NCBI GenBank assembly: GCA_009392295.1
Contig: VFGW01000008.1
Location: forward strand, 138,842 to 202,841
Direction: 5' to 3'
Length of the DNA stretch: 64,000 bases
Source: SAR202 cluster bacterium
Lineage (GTDB): Bacteria > Chloroflexota > Dehalococcoidia > Lucifugimonadales > GCA-2719675
Shown: piece after piece, positions 7,423 to 17,347 of the stretch
How the letters are laid out: each line of letters starts with the position of its first letter
Numbering within the stretch: the stretch's first letter is position 1
Translations under genes and position numbers: made by a program
Notes under the pieces: generated by a model
What the model saw: only the letters and a program-made list of their open reading frames with translations
What the model was told of the DNA's origin: nothing
The model's database searches: none

Positions 7423-9426
7423 ATGGCTGATTTTAGTTCTGATTCTATTAGAAATGTTGTATTTTTGTCACATTCATCAGCTGGAAAAACAATCTTATCA
7501 GAATCGGCTCTTCATCTTAGCGGTGGTCTTACACGACTTGGGACTATTTCTGACGGCAACACTACTTCTGACCATGAGCCTGAAGAGATCAAAAGGCAAT
7601 CGAGCATGCAGGCATCTCTTATTCCTTGCGAGTGGAAGAGTAACAAAATAAACATTATTGATTCTCCAGGATATTCAGATTTTCGTGGTGAAGTAATGTC
7701 TGCTTTAAGTATAGCTGATTCTTCTGTCCTTGTGGTGTCTGCTTCATCTGGTGTAGAAGTTGGAACTATTCAAATGTGGAAATTAGCTGAAGAAAACCAG
7801 CTTCCTCAATTTATTTTTGTAAATAAATTAGATAGAGAAAATACAGATTTTAATGCGGTGGTTGATTCTATTGTTGAAAAGTTTGGTAGAAATTGTGTGC
7901 CTATTCAGATTCCTAATGGAATTGAAGGAGATTTTACAAAGGCATTAAATTTATTGAAAGAAAATCAAGATTCATCTGCGGAAGATTTTGCAGGTGCAAA
8001 AGAAAAATTAATTGAATCTATTGCTGAAACTGATGATGATTTGACGTTGAAATATTTAGAAGGCGAAGAGATTTCAAATAATGAGCTTTTACAAGCGCTT
8101 AGAGCTGCTGTAATTTCTCGTTCTATAGTGCCAATTTTAGTAGGGTCAGCTCTTAACGAGGTTGGTGTTTCTGAATTATTAGATTCAATTTCTGAATTAA
8201 TGCCGTCATCTTCTGAAGCAAAAATTAGGAGTTCAGATGTAGAGACTAAGACAGACAGTTTGTCTTCGTTTGTATTTAAAACTACAGCTGATCCGTTTGT
8301 GGGTAAATTATCTTATGTCAGGGTATACAGTGGTGTTTTAAGTAGTGATTCTTCAGTATGGAATGCTAAACAGTCTAAAAACGAAAGAGTTGGACAAATA
8401 TATGTAATGGTAGGTAAGGAACAAAAACCAGTTTCGCAATTAGTTACAGGGGATATTGGTGCAGTGGCTAAAATGGCTGATACCCAAACAGGGGATACAC
8501 TTTCAGTTAAAGAAAATAGTGTTCAATTTGAAGATATTTCTTTTCCTGATCCGATACACAAAATGGCTGTATTTCCAAAAACAAAGTCAGATTTGGATAA
8601 AATTACATCTTCATTAAACAAAATTGTTGAGGAAGATCCTAGTCTAAATTTGAGTAGGAATAATGATACTTTAGAATTATTGTTAGGCGGCTTGGGGGAT
8701 GTTCATATTGATACTTCTTTAGAAAAAATTAAACGTAAATTTGGTGTTGAAATTGATTCAAAATTTCCAAAGGTAGCTTATAAAGAAACTGTTGGTAATT
8801 CTGCAAAAGCTGAATATCGTCACAAAAAACAAAGTGGAGGGCACGGTCAATTTGCGCATGTATGTTTGGAAATAGAGCCTTTGACGAGAGGTTCTGGCTT
8901 TGAATTTACTGATCGCGTTGTTGGAGGTTCTGTGCCAAAGGAATACATTCCTTCTGTTGAAAAAGGTTGTAATAAGGCAATTGATAATGGAGTGATTTCT
9001 GGATTTCCTGTTGTAGATTTGAAGGTCACCCTATATGATGGTAGTTTTCATCCAGTAGATTCATCTGGAATATGTTTTGAGATTGCTGGAGAACATGCTT
9101 TTTCTGATTGTGTGAAGCAGGCAAATCCAGTTTTGCTAGAGCCTGTTATGAAAATTGCTGTAACGGTCCCTGACTTAGATACGGGTGATGTAATTAGTGA
9201 CTTGAATGGTAAAAGAGCCAAAATTTTAGGTATGGAACCTAACGGTGATGGTACTACTGTAATTAATGCTGAAGCTCCACAAGCTGAATTGTTAAGATAT
9301 TCAATGGATTTACGTTCTGTTACTCAAGGGAGAGGGATTTTTTCAATGCAATTTGATCATTATGAAGATGTTCCTGCCCACTTATTTCAAAAATTAGTAG
9401 ACCAAATGAATGAAGATTCTACTTGA
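7423..9426 (+). CDS. Elongation factor G paralogue (EF-G-like translational GTPase).
   Basis: G1 is HSSAGKT, G3 is DSPGYSDF and G4 is NKLD. EF-G domains II-V are recognisable (FKTTADPFVGKLSYVRVYSG, HKKQSGGHGQFAH). The ORF track starts at GTG 7411. I prefer ATG 7423. Confidence 0.85.
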   Translation: MADFSSDSIRNVVFLSHSSAGKTILSESALHLSGGLTRLGTISDGNTTSDHEPEEIKRQSSMQASLIPCEWKSNKINIIDSPGYSDFRGEVMSALSIADSSVLVVSASSGVEVGTIQMWKLAEENQLPQFIFVNKLDRENTDFNAVVDSIVEKFGRNCVPIQIPNGIEGDFTKALNLLKENQDSSAEDFAGAKEKLIESIAETDDDLTLKYLEGEEISNNELLQALRAAVISRSIVPILVGSALNEVGVSELLDSISELMPSSSEAKIRSSDVETKTDSLSSFVFKTTADPFVGKLSYVRVYSGVLSSDSSVWNAKQSKNERVGQIYVMVGKEQKPVSQLVTGDIGAVAKMADTQTGDTLSVKENSVQFEDISFPDPIHKMAVFPKTKSDLDKITSSLNKIVEEDPSLNLSRNNDTLELLLGGLGDVHIDTSLEKIKRKFGVEIDSKFPKVAYKETVGNSAKAEYRHKKQSGGHGQFAHVCLEIEPLTRGSGFEFTDRVVGGSVPKEYIPSVEKGCNKAIDNGVISGFPVVDLKVTLYDGSFHPVDSSGICFEIAGEHAFSDCVKQANPVLLEPVMKIAVTVPDLDTGDVISDLNGKRAKILGMEPNGDGTTVINAEAPQAELLRYSMDLRSVTQGRGIFSMQFDHYEDVPAHLFQKLVDQMNEDST

Positions 9427-9438
9427 GGAAACAATTTT

Positions 9439-11340
9439 TTAATTGTTAATAATTGGCAGGCTTATATAAGAAGCATTTTTTGTTGAATGGTATATTGTTT
9501 GTCTGGCGGTTTTATATGTATTTTTTGATCCAAGATTTTGGCCAGTGTTGGGGTTAACATCAAATCTTGGCCAGTTGCTACTACTTATATCAATTCTAAT
9601 TTTGTGTCCAGAATTGAAAATATTTGAAGTTGGATATAGTTCAAATATAAATTCATAAATTTCTTCTGGATTCAAAAATTCACTTTTACCCAAGTGATTT
9701 CTATATCTTGCTCGGATGATTGAATCTGTAATATTGATAGCTAAACCTTCAGGATATTCGGAATCAGATGGATATATATCTAATAATTTACATGTAAAAT
9801 CAGTATCTATTGCGGATGAAGCAGCAAATAAATGCATTTTGATAGGGCCAGTAATTTCTATTGGTTCAATTAAAGTTTTTGTTTCAAAACTCAAAATATC
9901 ATGTCTAGTGTTTAAAGGAAGTTGATTTTCGCATCCATGAAAATTAGGTCTACCTCTTTGGTCAAATGCACCAGCTACCATGATAGCATCTGCAGCTGAA
10001 ATTCCTCCTCCTATAGTTGGGACAGGGTTATTTGGGTCAAAATCATATTGAGTAAATCCTTGTTCATTATTATTGGGTAATTTGGTGGATAAAGTACCAT
10101 TGTAATGAATGAAATATTTCGTGAATTTTGTTTCGGGAAGAGGCCAGCTTGAAGATTCTTTCCAATAACCTCCATGAGATAACATTCCAGGATAGTCGGT
10201 TTGTAAACGTGGAGAACCTAAAATAAGACGGTCAGAGTTTCCTCCACCCATAGTAAAGATTTTTACAGGCTTGCAATTTGAAAATTCTGTTTCCATTTCT
10301 TTTAGATAGCAATCAAACCAACTTAATCTAGTATCATTGTAATTAATTACAGAATCATTTCCAAAGTCTACTTCCCCTGAAAAACTATTTTGCCAGCCTC
10401 CATGCGTCCAAGGTCCCATTAATAGCACTTGTGGGGATGATTTTATTTTGGATAATTCCAAATAACTTTCACATGTATTTCTGGCATATGAGTCATACCA
10501 ACCACCAAGATATAAGGATGGTATATCCGCATGTTCTTGATAATATTCAGAAATAGCGTAGCCTCTTTGTTTCCAATAATCGTTGTATTCTGAGTTTGTA
10601 GAAATATCTATTGCCCATTGTTCATATGAGGGTAGTTCTCGAAGAATAGTTGCATTTTTTTTGATTGGGAAATTGTCAACTAAGCTTTCTATATCTTGAG
10701 TAAATACTTTGATGAGAGCATTTTTAAGAGTGGGATTAGATGCAGCTTCTTTACTACTGATTGCCATACTGAATGCATAAACTATAAACCTTTGTTCTAA
10801 AGCACCATTTTGCCTCATTGAGCTGTCATAATAATTTGATGCTCCAACTGCAACTATCATTGTACTTAGGTGTGGTGGATTTAAGGTGGCAAGTGCAGAT
10901 TGATCACTCCCTGCATAAGAGCTTCCTAAAGTACCGATTTTCCCATTTGACCATTCTTGCTTAGCTATCCATTCAATTGTGTCATATCCATCGGGTGCCT
11001 CTTTGGCAAATGCATACCATATTCCTTCTGAGTTAAAACGGCCACGTACATCTTGGGCTATATATATGTATCCTCTTCTAGCAAAAAATCTTCCATCAAC
11101 AAAATCACGGGATTTATTATAGGGCGTTCTAGTTAACAAGACTGGAAATTTTTTGTTGCTGATTTTATTTTTTTCAGATGGGAAATAAATATCGCACGCT
11201 AGTTTGATTCCATCTCTCATTTCAATCATTACATCTTTTTTTTCAAAAACATCATATTCTTGAAGTGATCCTTGGTATGGAGGTTTCAAATTTTTACTCC
11301 TGATTACAGATATGAATTTGAAGTCTATAATACAATTCAC
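9439..11340 (-). CDS. CocE/NonD-family hydrolase (S15 X-Pro dipeptidyl-peptidase-like).
   Basis: LTRTPYNK and the nucleophile elbow GSSYAG are present. Length is about 630 aa with the C-terminal beta domain. Confidence 0.85.
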   Translation of the reverse strand: MNCIIDFKFISVIRSKNLKPPYQGSLQEYDVFEKKDVMIEMRDGIKLACDIYFPSEKNKISNKKFPVLLTRTPYNKSRDFVDGRFFARRGYIYIAQDVRGRFNSEGIWYAFAKEAPDGYDTIEWIAKQEWSNGKIGTLGSSYAGSDQSALATLNPPHLSTMIVAVGASNYYDSSMRQNGALEQRFIVYAFSMAISSKEAASNPTLKNALIKVFTQDIESLVDNFPIKKNATILRELPSYEQWAIDISTNSEYNDYWKQRGYAISEYYQEHADIPSLYLGGWYDSYARNTCESYLELSKIKSSPQVLLMGPWTHGGWQNSFSGEVDFGNDSVINYNDTRLSWFDCYLKEMETEFSNCKPVKIFTMGGGNSDRLILGSPRLQTDYPGMLSHGGYWKESSSWPLPETKFTKYFIHYNGTLSTKLPNNNEQGFTQYDFDPNNPVPTIGGGISAADAIMVAGAFDQRGRPNFHGCENQLPLNTRHDILSFETKTLIEPIEITGPIKMHLFAASSAIDTDFTCKLLDIYPSDSEYPEGLAINITDSIIRARYRNHLGKSEFLNPEEIYEFIFELYPTSNIFNSGHKIRIDISSSNWPRFDVNPNTGQNLGSKNTYKTARQTIYHSTKNASYISLPIINN

Positions 11341-11457
11341 TAAGTGTTTTGTATACTATCATTTTGTCTTAAAATTAATTGTTTATACCTTTGAGATAGC
11401 ATGATATACTCAGATTTACATTAAATTAACTTTTTTCAACAATATGGAGTATTGGTC

Positions 11458-12282
11458 ATGCCGAATGATGAAATTTTAAAACCATTGACTCCTCATCAAG
11501 TCCAAAGGTATAGCAGACACATTATTATGCCTACGGTTGGAAGTAATGGGCAACGAAAAATGTTAAACTCTAAAGTATTAATTGTTGGTGCAGGAGGTTT
11601 GGGATCTCCAGTAGCAATTTATTTAGCTTTAGCTGGAGTTGGAACTATTGGAATAGTAGATTTCGATACTGTAGATATTACAAATCTACAAAGACAAATA
11701 TTACACTATGATAGTGATGTTGGTAAAAGAAAAGTTATTTCGGCAACTGAAACTTTAAAAGCATACAATCCAGATGTTAATGTTATAAGTCATGAAGAAC
11801 CTTTAAATTCTGACAACGCAATGGAAATAATTTCTAAATATGATGTGATCATTAATGGTGCTGATAATTTTCCTGCAAGATATTTAACTAACGACGCAGC
11901 TTATTTAAATAATAAGCCTTTAGTTGACGGAAGTATTTTAATTTTTGATGGACAAGCTACAGTTTATTTACCCGGTAGAGGTTGTTATAGATGTTTGTTC
12001 CCTGAACCCCCACCTCCAGGGGAAGTTCCTAGTTGCGCAGAAGCTGGTGTTTTAGGAATGTTGCCAGGACTTGTTGGTACTATTCAGGCAACTGAAACAG
12101 TTAAAATCATTATGGGTATTGGGTCATCTTTATCTGGCAGGCTGCTTTTGATAGATGGGTTAACTATGGAATTTCGAGAATTAAAAATTCATAAGAATCC
12201 AAAGTGTCCTTTATGCGGAGATAACCCAACTGTTACAGAACTAATTGACTACGAAGAATTTTGTGGTTTTACTGGGTCTTAG
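11458..12282 (+). CDS. ThiF/MoeB-family adenylyltransferase (E1-like).
   Basis: Motifs seen: RYSRHI, the nucleotide loop VGAGGLGSP, and CxxC pairs CYRC and CPLC. TGGAG lies upstream of the ATG. Confidence 0.85.
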   Translation: MPNDEILKPLTPHQVQRYSRHIIMPTVGSNGQRKMLNSKVLIVGAGGLGSPVAIYLALAGVGTIGIVDFDTVDITNLQRQILHYDSDVGKRKVISATETLKAYNPDVNVISHEEPLNSDNAMEIISKYDVIINGADNFPARYLTNDAAYLNNKPLVDGSILIFDGQATVYLPGRGCYRCLFPEPPPPGEVPSCAEAGVLGMLPGLVGTIQATETVKIIMGIGSSLSGRLLLIDGLTMEFRELKIHKNPKCPLCGDNPTVTELIDYEEFCGFTGS

Positions 12283-12359
12283 AAAAAATTACCAAGTTAC
12301 TGCTGTTTTATAATTAGAAATTATTATAGCTAAATTACAAAACAATTTTTTTAGAAGGT

Positions 12360-12545
12360 TTATTTATTATTTAAATTATCTTCGGATTTGCTCGTTTTTT
12401 CTTTATCGGACTTTTGAGATTCTTTGAATTCTCGTAGAGCTTTACCTACAGCTCCACCAATTTCAGGTAATTTTCCAACTCCGAAAAGTATCATAACAAT
12501 GACTAGAACAATAATGAGTTCAGTTGGTCCTAAGTTAAATGGCAT
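12360..12545 (-). CDS. tatA: Twin-arginine translocase TatA, second copy.
   Basis: GPTELIIVLVIVMILFGVGKLPEIGGAVGKALREFK is a canonical TatA sequence. Confidence 0.85.
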   Translation of the reverse strand: MPFNLGPTELIIVLVIVMILFGVGKLPEIGGAVGKALREFKESQKSDKEKTSKSEDNLNNK

Positions 12546-12650
12546 ACAATAATCTCCATAACGTTTTTAGATAAAACAACTTTAAGTTTTATTCTACAGT
12601 AGATTGAGATTTTTTGTTTGAAAATATTTGTGACATTTTGAGTTAATCAG

Positions 12651-13298
12651 TTAAATTGATCTGATTACACCAACTACTTTACCTTGTACTTGAACATTTT
12701 CTGCATCTACTTCAATAGGTTTCATAGATGAGTTGGCAGGTTGTAAGGTGACTGTACCATTTTTGATGAAAAAATGTTTTAATGTGATTTCGTTTTGATC
12801 TTTTATCAATGCTGCAACCATTTCACCGTTATTAGGTTTCCTTGAAATAGGTTCTAAAAGTACCAAATCTCCATCAGCAACTAAAGCATCTATCATCGAT
12901 TCTCCTTTTACTTTAACTCCGAAAACATTTTGTTTTCCTTGAGTTAAGAAAGCTGGAAGGCTGACTGAGTCGACTTGACTATTAGTCCAATCGTTGGATT
13001 CTGGAATATGTAGAGGTTGCCCCGCAGCAATATTCCCCATTATTGGAATTTCAATTAAGTTAGGATCAGCTTTTTCTGTATTATTGTTAACTAATTCGAT
13101 TCCTCTTGAAACTTCTGCAGCTCTGTTGAGCACACCTTTTTCTTTTAAAATTCTTAAATTATAGTCAACTACAGAAGTTGAACTTATTTTGCAGCCTTGC
13201 TGAATATCCCTGATAGTTGGAGGGTAATGATGTTCTTCAAGGAAGTTTTCTATAAAACTTAAAATATTTTTTTGCCTACTTGAAAGTTCTTTTTTCAT
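12651..13298 (-). CDS. lexA: LexA repressor.
   Basis: An N-terminal winged helix is followed by the AAG cleavage site (GNIAAGQP), the GESM serine and the ITLKHF lysine. Confidence 0.95.
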   Translation of the reverse strand: MKKELSSRQKNILSFIENFLEEHHYPPTIRDIQQGCKISSTSVVDYNLRILKEKGVLNRAAEVSRGIELVNNNTEKADPNLIEIPIMGNIAAGQPLHIPESNDWTNSQVDSVSLPAFLTQGKQNVFGVKVKGESMIDALVADGDLVLLEPISRKPNNGEMVAALIKDQNEITLKHFFIKNGTVTLQPANSSMKPIEVDAENVQVQGKVVGVIRSI

Positions 13299-13315
13299 GA
13301 TAAACCTTAATAATT

Positions 13316-13329
13316 AGCACTTATGTTCT
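13316..13329 (-). promoter_or_regulatory. Candidate LexA (SOS, Cheo-type) operator upstream of lexA.
   Basis: The minus strand reads AGAACATAAGTGCT, i.e. GAAC-N4-GTGC. This is one mismatch from GAAC-N4-GTTC. It sits just upstream of the lexA RBS. Confidence 0.4.
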
Positions 13330-13429
13330 GGTAATGTATCAAAGTTGAAGTGTCATGTCAATTAGTTTGAAATGAATGATTTAGAAATTATTTATAATAA
13401 TTATGAAACAAAAATAAAACCGGGAAGCT

Positions 13430-13675
13430 TTATTTTAACGATTTCATTAAGCGAGACTTTCTGCGAGAAGCATTTTTTTTATGCAGAACGCCTTTTTGGG
13501 CTGCTTTATCCAAATTCTTGATTGCATCTTTTACAGAGTTTGAAATATTTTCATCTGAATCATTAGATTCAATATTTAATCGAGCCGTTTTTATTAAGTT
13601 TTTAACTTTACTTTTAACTGAAATATTTCGAGCTCTTTTTTTATTTGACACTCTGAGGGCTTTAGCGCTTGACAA
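13430..13675 (-). CDS. rpsT: 30S ribosomal protein S20.
   Basis: SAKALRVSNKKRARNISVKSKVKNLIK and KGVLHKKNASRRKSRL match the S20 pattern. Confidence 0.9.
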   Translation of the reverse strand: MSSAKALRVSNKKRARNISVKSKVKNLIKTARLNIESNDSDENISNSVKDAIKNLDKAAQKGVLHKKNASRRKSRLMKSLK

Positions 13676-13754
13676 TAATTTCCTCCAAGATAATTTTTTA
13701 ATGTTTATATTATATAATAATATTATGTTAAAGCGATAGACTTTATATAGTGTT

Positions 13755-15893
13755 TTAATTGACTCTGTTTACTTCAATTACAGGTTCTAGAGATTCTATT
13801 TTTGAAATAATTCGTCCAAGTTGTTTAATTCCATTGACATATATATTTAATTTAATTGTACTGAATCCATCATATTCTTCAGAGACACATGAGCCAATGT
13901 TGATTTGTTCATTAGATACAACAGATGTAATTGAATTTAATAATCCAACCTTATCCCATGATTCTATTTTGATATCTACAGGATAACTAGGTTGTTGTTC
14001 GCGCCAATTTACTGGTATTAGTCTTTCTTTTTCTTTTTCATTCATAATATTTATACAGGATTTGATATGTACTGTTACACCAGCACTTCTTGTGATGAAG
14101 CCTATAATTAAATCTCCGGGTATTGGATTACAGCATTTTGCTATTTTTGTTAGTAAGTCACCTACACCTAACACTTCGATTCCAGATGTAGGAGATGTGA
14201 TTTTTTTACTTACTTGGTCATTATCAAGTTTTGGCTGGTTTTGTGGTAAATCGTTTATTATTTGAGGGAGTGTGATATTTCCACTTCCAACGGCAAACAT
14301 CATTTCATCCACTGAATTAAAGTTAGAGTTTTGTGCCAACTCTTCTAAACTGATTGTTTCATTAATCTTTTTTAATTGTTTTTGTAAGATTAATTTACCA
14401 TTGTTAAGTGTGAATTCTTTTTGTTGTTTATTGAACCATTGGCGAATTTTTGTTTTTGCAGAAGTTGTTTTCACATAATTCAAATCAGGATTAATCCAGT
14501 CTAAACTAGGACCTTTGATATTTTTACTTGTCATTATTTCTACTGTGTCTCCGTTAGAGATTTTTGTGTTTAGTGAAACTAATTTACCATTTCGTTTTCC
14601 TCCAACACATCTATGGCCGATTTCTGTATGAATTAAATAAGCAAAATCTAAAATAGTGGCCCCAATAGGTAATTCTTTAATTTCACCTTTTGGTGTGTAT
14701 ACGAACACTTGGTCATTAAAAATATCAGTTTTAAATGATTCAACAAATTCCTCAGATCCGGAAATTTCTCTTTGCCATTCAAGTAATTGCCTTATCCATG
14801 TCATTTTATGTTCAAATTTTGAATCATTTATATCGCCTTCTTTGTATAGCCAATGAGCTGCAACACCATATTCGGATAATTCATGCATTTCTTTGGTTCT
14901 TATTTGAATTTCTACTGGATGGCTGTTTTCACATATTACTGTAGTGTGAAGTGATTGATATAAATTATCTTTTGGCGATGCTATATAATCATCAAACACA
15001 CCAGTGATAGGGTGCCAAATAGAATGTACAGCACCTAGAGCTGCATAGCAGTCGCTTACAGAATTTACTATAATTCGTAGTGCGAAAAGGTCGTAAATTT
15101 CACTGATTCCCCGATTCATTTCAGAGTATTTTTTTATTTTTTTATGGATACTAAATAAGTGTTTCGGTCTGCCTTCAATGGATGCATTAATTTTAAATGA
15201 TTTTAATTCAGTAGACGTTTTTTCAATAACTTTGTTAATATATTCTTCTCTTTCAGACCTTTTTGAATTCAATAATTCAGCAATTTTTTGGTAAGATTCT
15301 GGTTCTAGATTTTGAAAAGCTAAATCTTCAAGCATCCATTTCATTTCCCAAATACCCAATCTGTGTGCTAGTGGTGCATAGATTTCTAAGGTTTCCTGGG
15401 CAATTGAGATTCTTTTTTCTTTTGGTAGATACTTTAAAGTTTGCATATTATGCATTCTATCTGCCAGTTTAATTAATACAACTCTGATATCATCTGACAT
15501 AGAAATTAGCATTTTTCTAATACTAGCAGCATTGCTTGTAGAAACTATTTTAGTTGTTTCTTCATTTAGAATTTCAGCACGGTTTAATTTGGTTACTCCA
15601 ATAACTAATTTAGATACTTGTTCTCCAAATTTTTTGGCTATTTGTTCTTCGTTAATTCCACAATCTTCTATAACGTCATGTAGTAAAGCAGCTGAAATTG
15701 CTTCAGAATCTAGATGCAGGTTTGAAAGGTAGATTGCTGTTTTGAGGGGATGTTGAATAAATGGTTCTCCCGAAGCTCTTAATTGTCCTGAATGAGATTT
15801 TTCAGCAAAATAGAAAGCATTCTTGATATCCAAGATTTGTGCAGGAGTCAGATATTTTGAAGTTTTAGAAATTAAATTATTGATTGTTTCCAA
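13755..15893 (-). CDS. rel: Bifunctional (p)ppGpp synthetase/hydrolase of the RelA/SpoT family.
   Basis: It has the HD domain (ALLHDVIEDC), a RelA_SpoT synthetase block (YQSLHTTV, EIQIRT), and TGS and ACT-like C-terminal regions. Confidence 0.95.
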   Translation of the reverse strand: METINNLISKTSKYLTPAQILDIKNAFYFAEKSHSGQLRASGEPFIQHPLKTAIYLSNLHLDSEAISAALLHDVIEDCGINEEQIAKKFGEQVSKLVIGVTKLNRAEILNEETTKIVSTSNAASIRKMLISMSDDIRVVLIKLADRMHNMQTLKYLPKEKRISIAQETLEIYAPLAHRLGIWEMKWMLEDLAFQNLEPESYQKIAELLNSKRSEREEYINKVIEKTSTELKSFKINASIEGRPKHLFSIHKKIKKYSEMNRGISEIYDLFALRIIVNSVSDCYAALGAVHSIWHPITGVFDDYIASPKDNLYQSLHTTVICENSHPVEIQIRTKEMHELSEYGVAAHWLYKEGDINDSKFEHKMTWIRQLLEWQREISGSEEFVESFKTDIFNDQVFVYTPKGEIKELPIGATILDFAYLIHTEIGHRCVGGKRNGKLVSLNTKISNGDTVEIMTSKNIKGPSLDWINPDLNYVKTTSAKTKIRQWFNKQQKEFTLNNGKLILQKQLKKINETISLEELAQNSNFNSVDEMMFAVGSGNITLPQIINDLPQNQPKLDNDQVSKKITSPTSGIEVLGVGDLLTKIAKCCNPIPGDLIIGFITRSAGVTVHIKSCINIMNEKEKERLIPVNWREQQPSYPVDIKIESWDKVGLLNSITSVVSNEQINIGSCVSEEYDGFSTIKLNIYVNGIKQLGRIISKIESLEPVIEVNRVN

Positions 15894-16066
15894 TATAAAT
15901 CTTTTCTTTTGTTTTGCAAAAATCTCATAGTTAGCGCTTGAAGTATAGGTATAGAGCTTTTTGATCTATAATAGGATTCTATCAAATTCTATTATAATTA
16001 CGATACTGACTGATATACTATATGCGTTAGCAAATCATTTTTCAATTATGTGGAAGTTAGAAAGTA

Positions 16067-17335
16067 ATGAGCAAAGAGCAATTAAGAGCACCTCGAGGTA
16101 CCTCAGATATTCTTCCTGAGGATCAGAAATATTGGAGATATGTACAATATATTTTTTCTAAAATTGCTCTCAAATATGGATTCAATCGGATAGACACTCC
16201 AGTAATTGAACAATCAAATCTTTTTTCTAGAGGAGTCGGGGAATTTACTGATGTTGTAGAAAAAGAAACATATACCTTTAGTGATCGTGGAGGTGATTCT
16301 TTAACTTTACGTCCAGAAGGTACCGCTCCAGTTTGCAGATCTTACTTAGAACATGGAATGCAAAATCTACCTCAACCTGTCAGGTTGTTTTATCAATTTC
16401 CTATGTATAGATATGAGAGACCTCAAGCAGGCAGATATAGAGAATTTCGGCAAGCTGGGATTGAAGTTATTGGTGAGCATTCTCCTATTGTTGATTTGGA
16501 AGTAATTCAATTTGCATGGGAATTAGTTTCTCAATTAGGTTTATCCAATTTGGATTTGATTATAAATTCAATTGGAGATGAAAAATGTAGGGATAAATAT
16601 ATTACAGATTTAAAATTATATTATACTAATCAATTTAGTAAACTAGATCATCCTGATTGCCAAAGAAGGTTGGATTCAAATACTTTGAGGTTACTTGATT
16701 GTAAGAATAAGAATTGTCAAGAACTTATAAAAGAAGCACCCAGATCATTAGATTATTTGTGTGAAGGCTGTTTATTTCATTGGAATGAGTTATTAGAACA
16801 TTTAGATTCTGTAGGTATTCCTTATAGAATAGATGATACTTTGGTTAGAGGATTTGACTATTATACTAAAACGGTTTTTGAAATTGTTCCTGAAAATCAA
16901 GAGAGTCAAAATACTATTCTTGCAGGTGGAAGATATGATGGATTGATAGAGCAAATTGGAGGTCAGCCAACACCTGGTATTGGTTTTGCAATAGGACTTG
17001 ATCGTGTGATTATGAATTTAAAATCAGAAAATAAAATTTCAATTGATGAAAATTATGTTAAGTGTTTTGTTGCACATAATGGTGAAGATGCAAAGAAATT
17101 TGCTGTTCAAGTAGTGACAGAATTAAGGAATAACGGGATTAGATCCATTTTAGGCTCTCCTTCTCGAAGCTTGAAGTCACAAATGAGATATGCTTCATCA
17201 ATTAAAGCGTTAAATGCTATTATTATTGGTGAAGATGAATTAAAGGATCTTAAATTAATTTTCCGGAATATGCTTGATAGTAATCAAGAAAAATTGGATT
17301 TAAACCAAATTATTCAAAAGATTAAAACAGAATAA
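16067..17335 (+). CDS. hisS: Histidine--tRNA ligase.
   Basis: It has the class II motifs (LRPEGT, YRYERPQAGRYREF, GGRYD) and the C-terminal anticodon-binding domain. Confidence 0.95.
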   Translation: MSKEQLRAPRGTSDILPEDQKYWRYVQYIFSKIALKYGFNRIDTPVIEQSNLFSRGVGEFTDVVEKETYTFSDRGGDSLTLRPEGTAPVCRSYLEHGMQNLPQPVRLFYQFPMYRYERPQAGRYREFRQAGIEVIGEHSPIVDLEVIQFAWELVSQLGLSNLDLIINSIGDEKCRDKYITDLKLYYTNQFSKLDHPDCQRRLDSNTLRLLDCKNKNCQELIKEAPRSLDYLCEGCLFHWNELLEHLDSVGIPYRIDDTLVRGFDYYTKTVFEIVPENQESQNTILAGGRYDGLIEQIGGQPTPGIGFAIGLDRVIMNLKSENKISIDENYVKCFVAHNGEDAKKFAVQVVTELRNNGIRSILGSPSRSLKSQMRYASSIKALNAIIIGEDELKDLKLIFRNMLDSNQEKLDLNQIIQKIKTE

Positions 17336-17347
17336 GTAGGGATATTT

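Noticed and set aside
15894-16066. A possible T-box leader upstream of hisS. I also considered other riboswitch candidates upstream of the ThiF/MoeB gene (11341-11457) and lipA (4190-4394).
   Set aside because: The spacers are short and extremely AT-rich. They lack the conserved GC-containing cores (T-box sequence, specifier/AGAGA elements, Moco motif) and any terminator or antiterminator hairpins.
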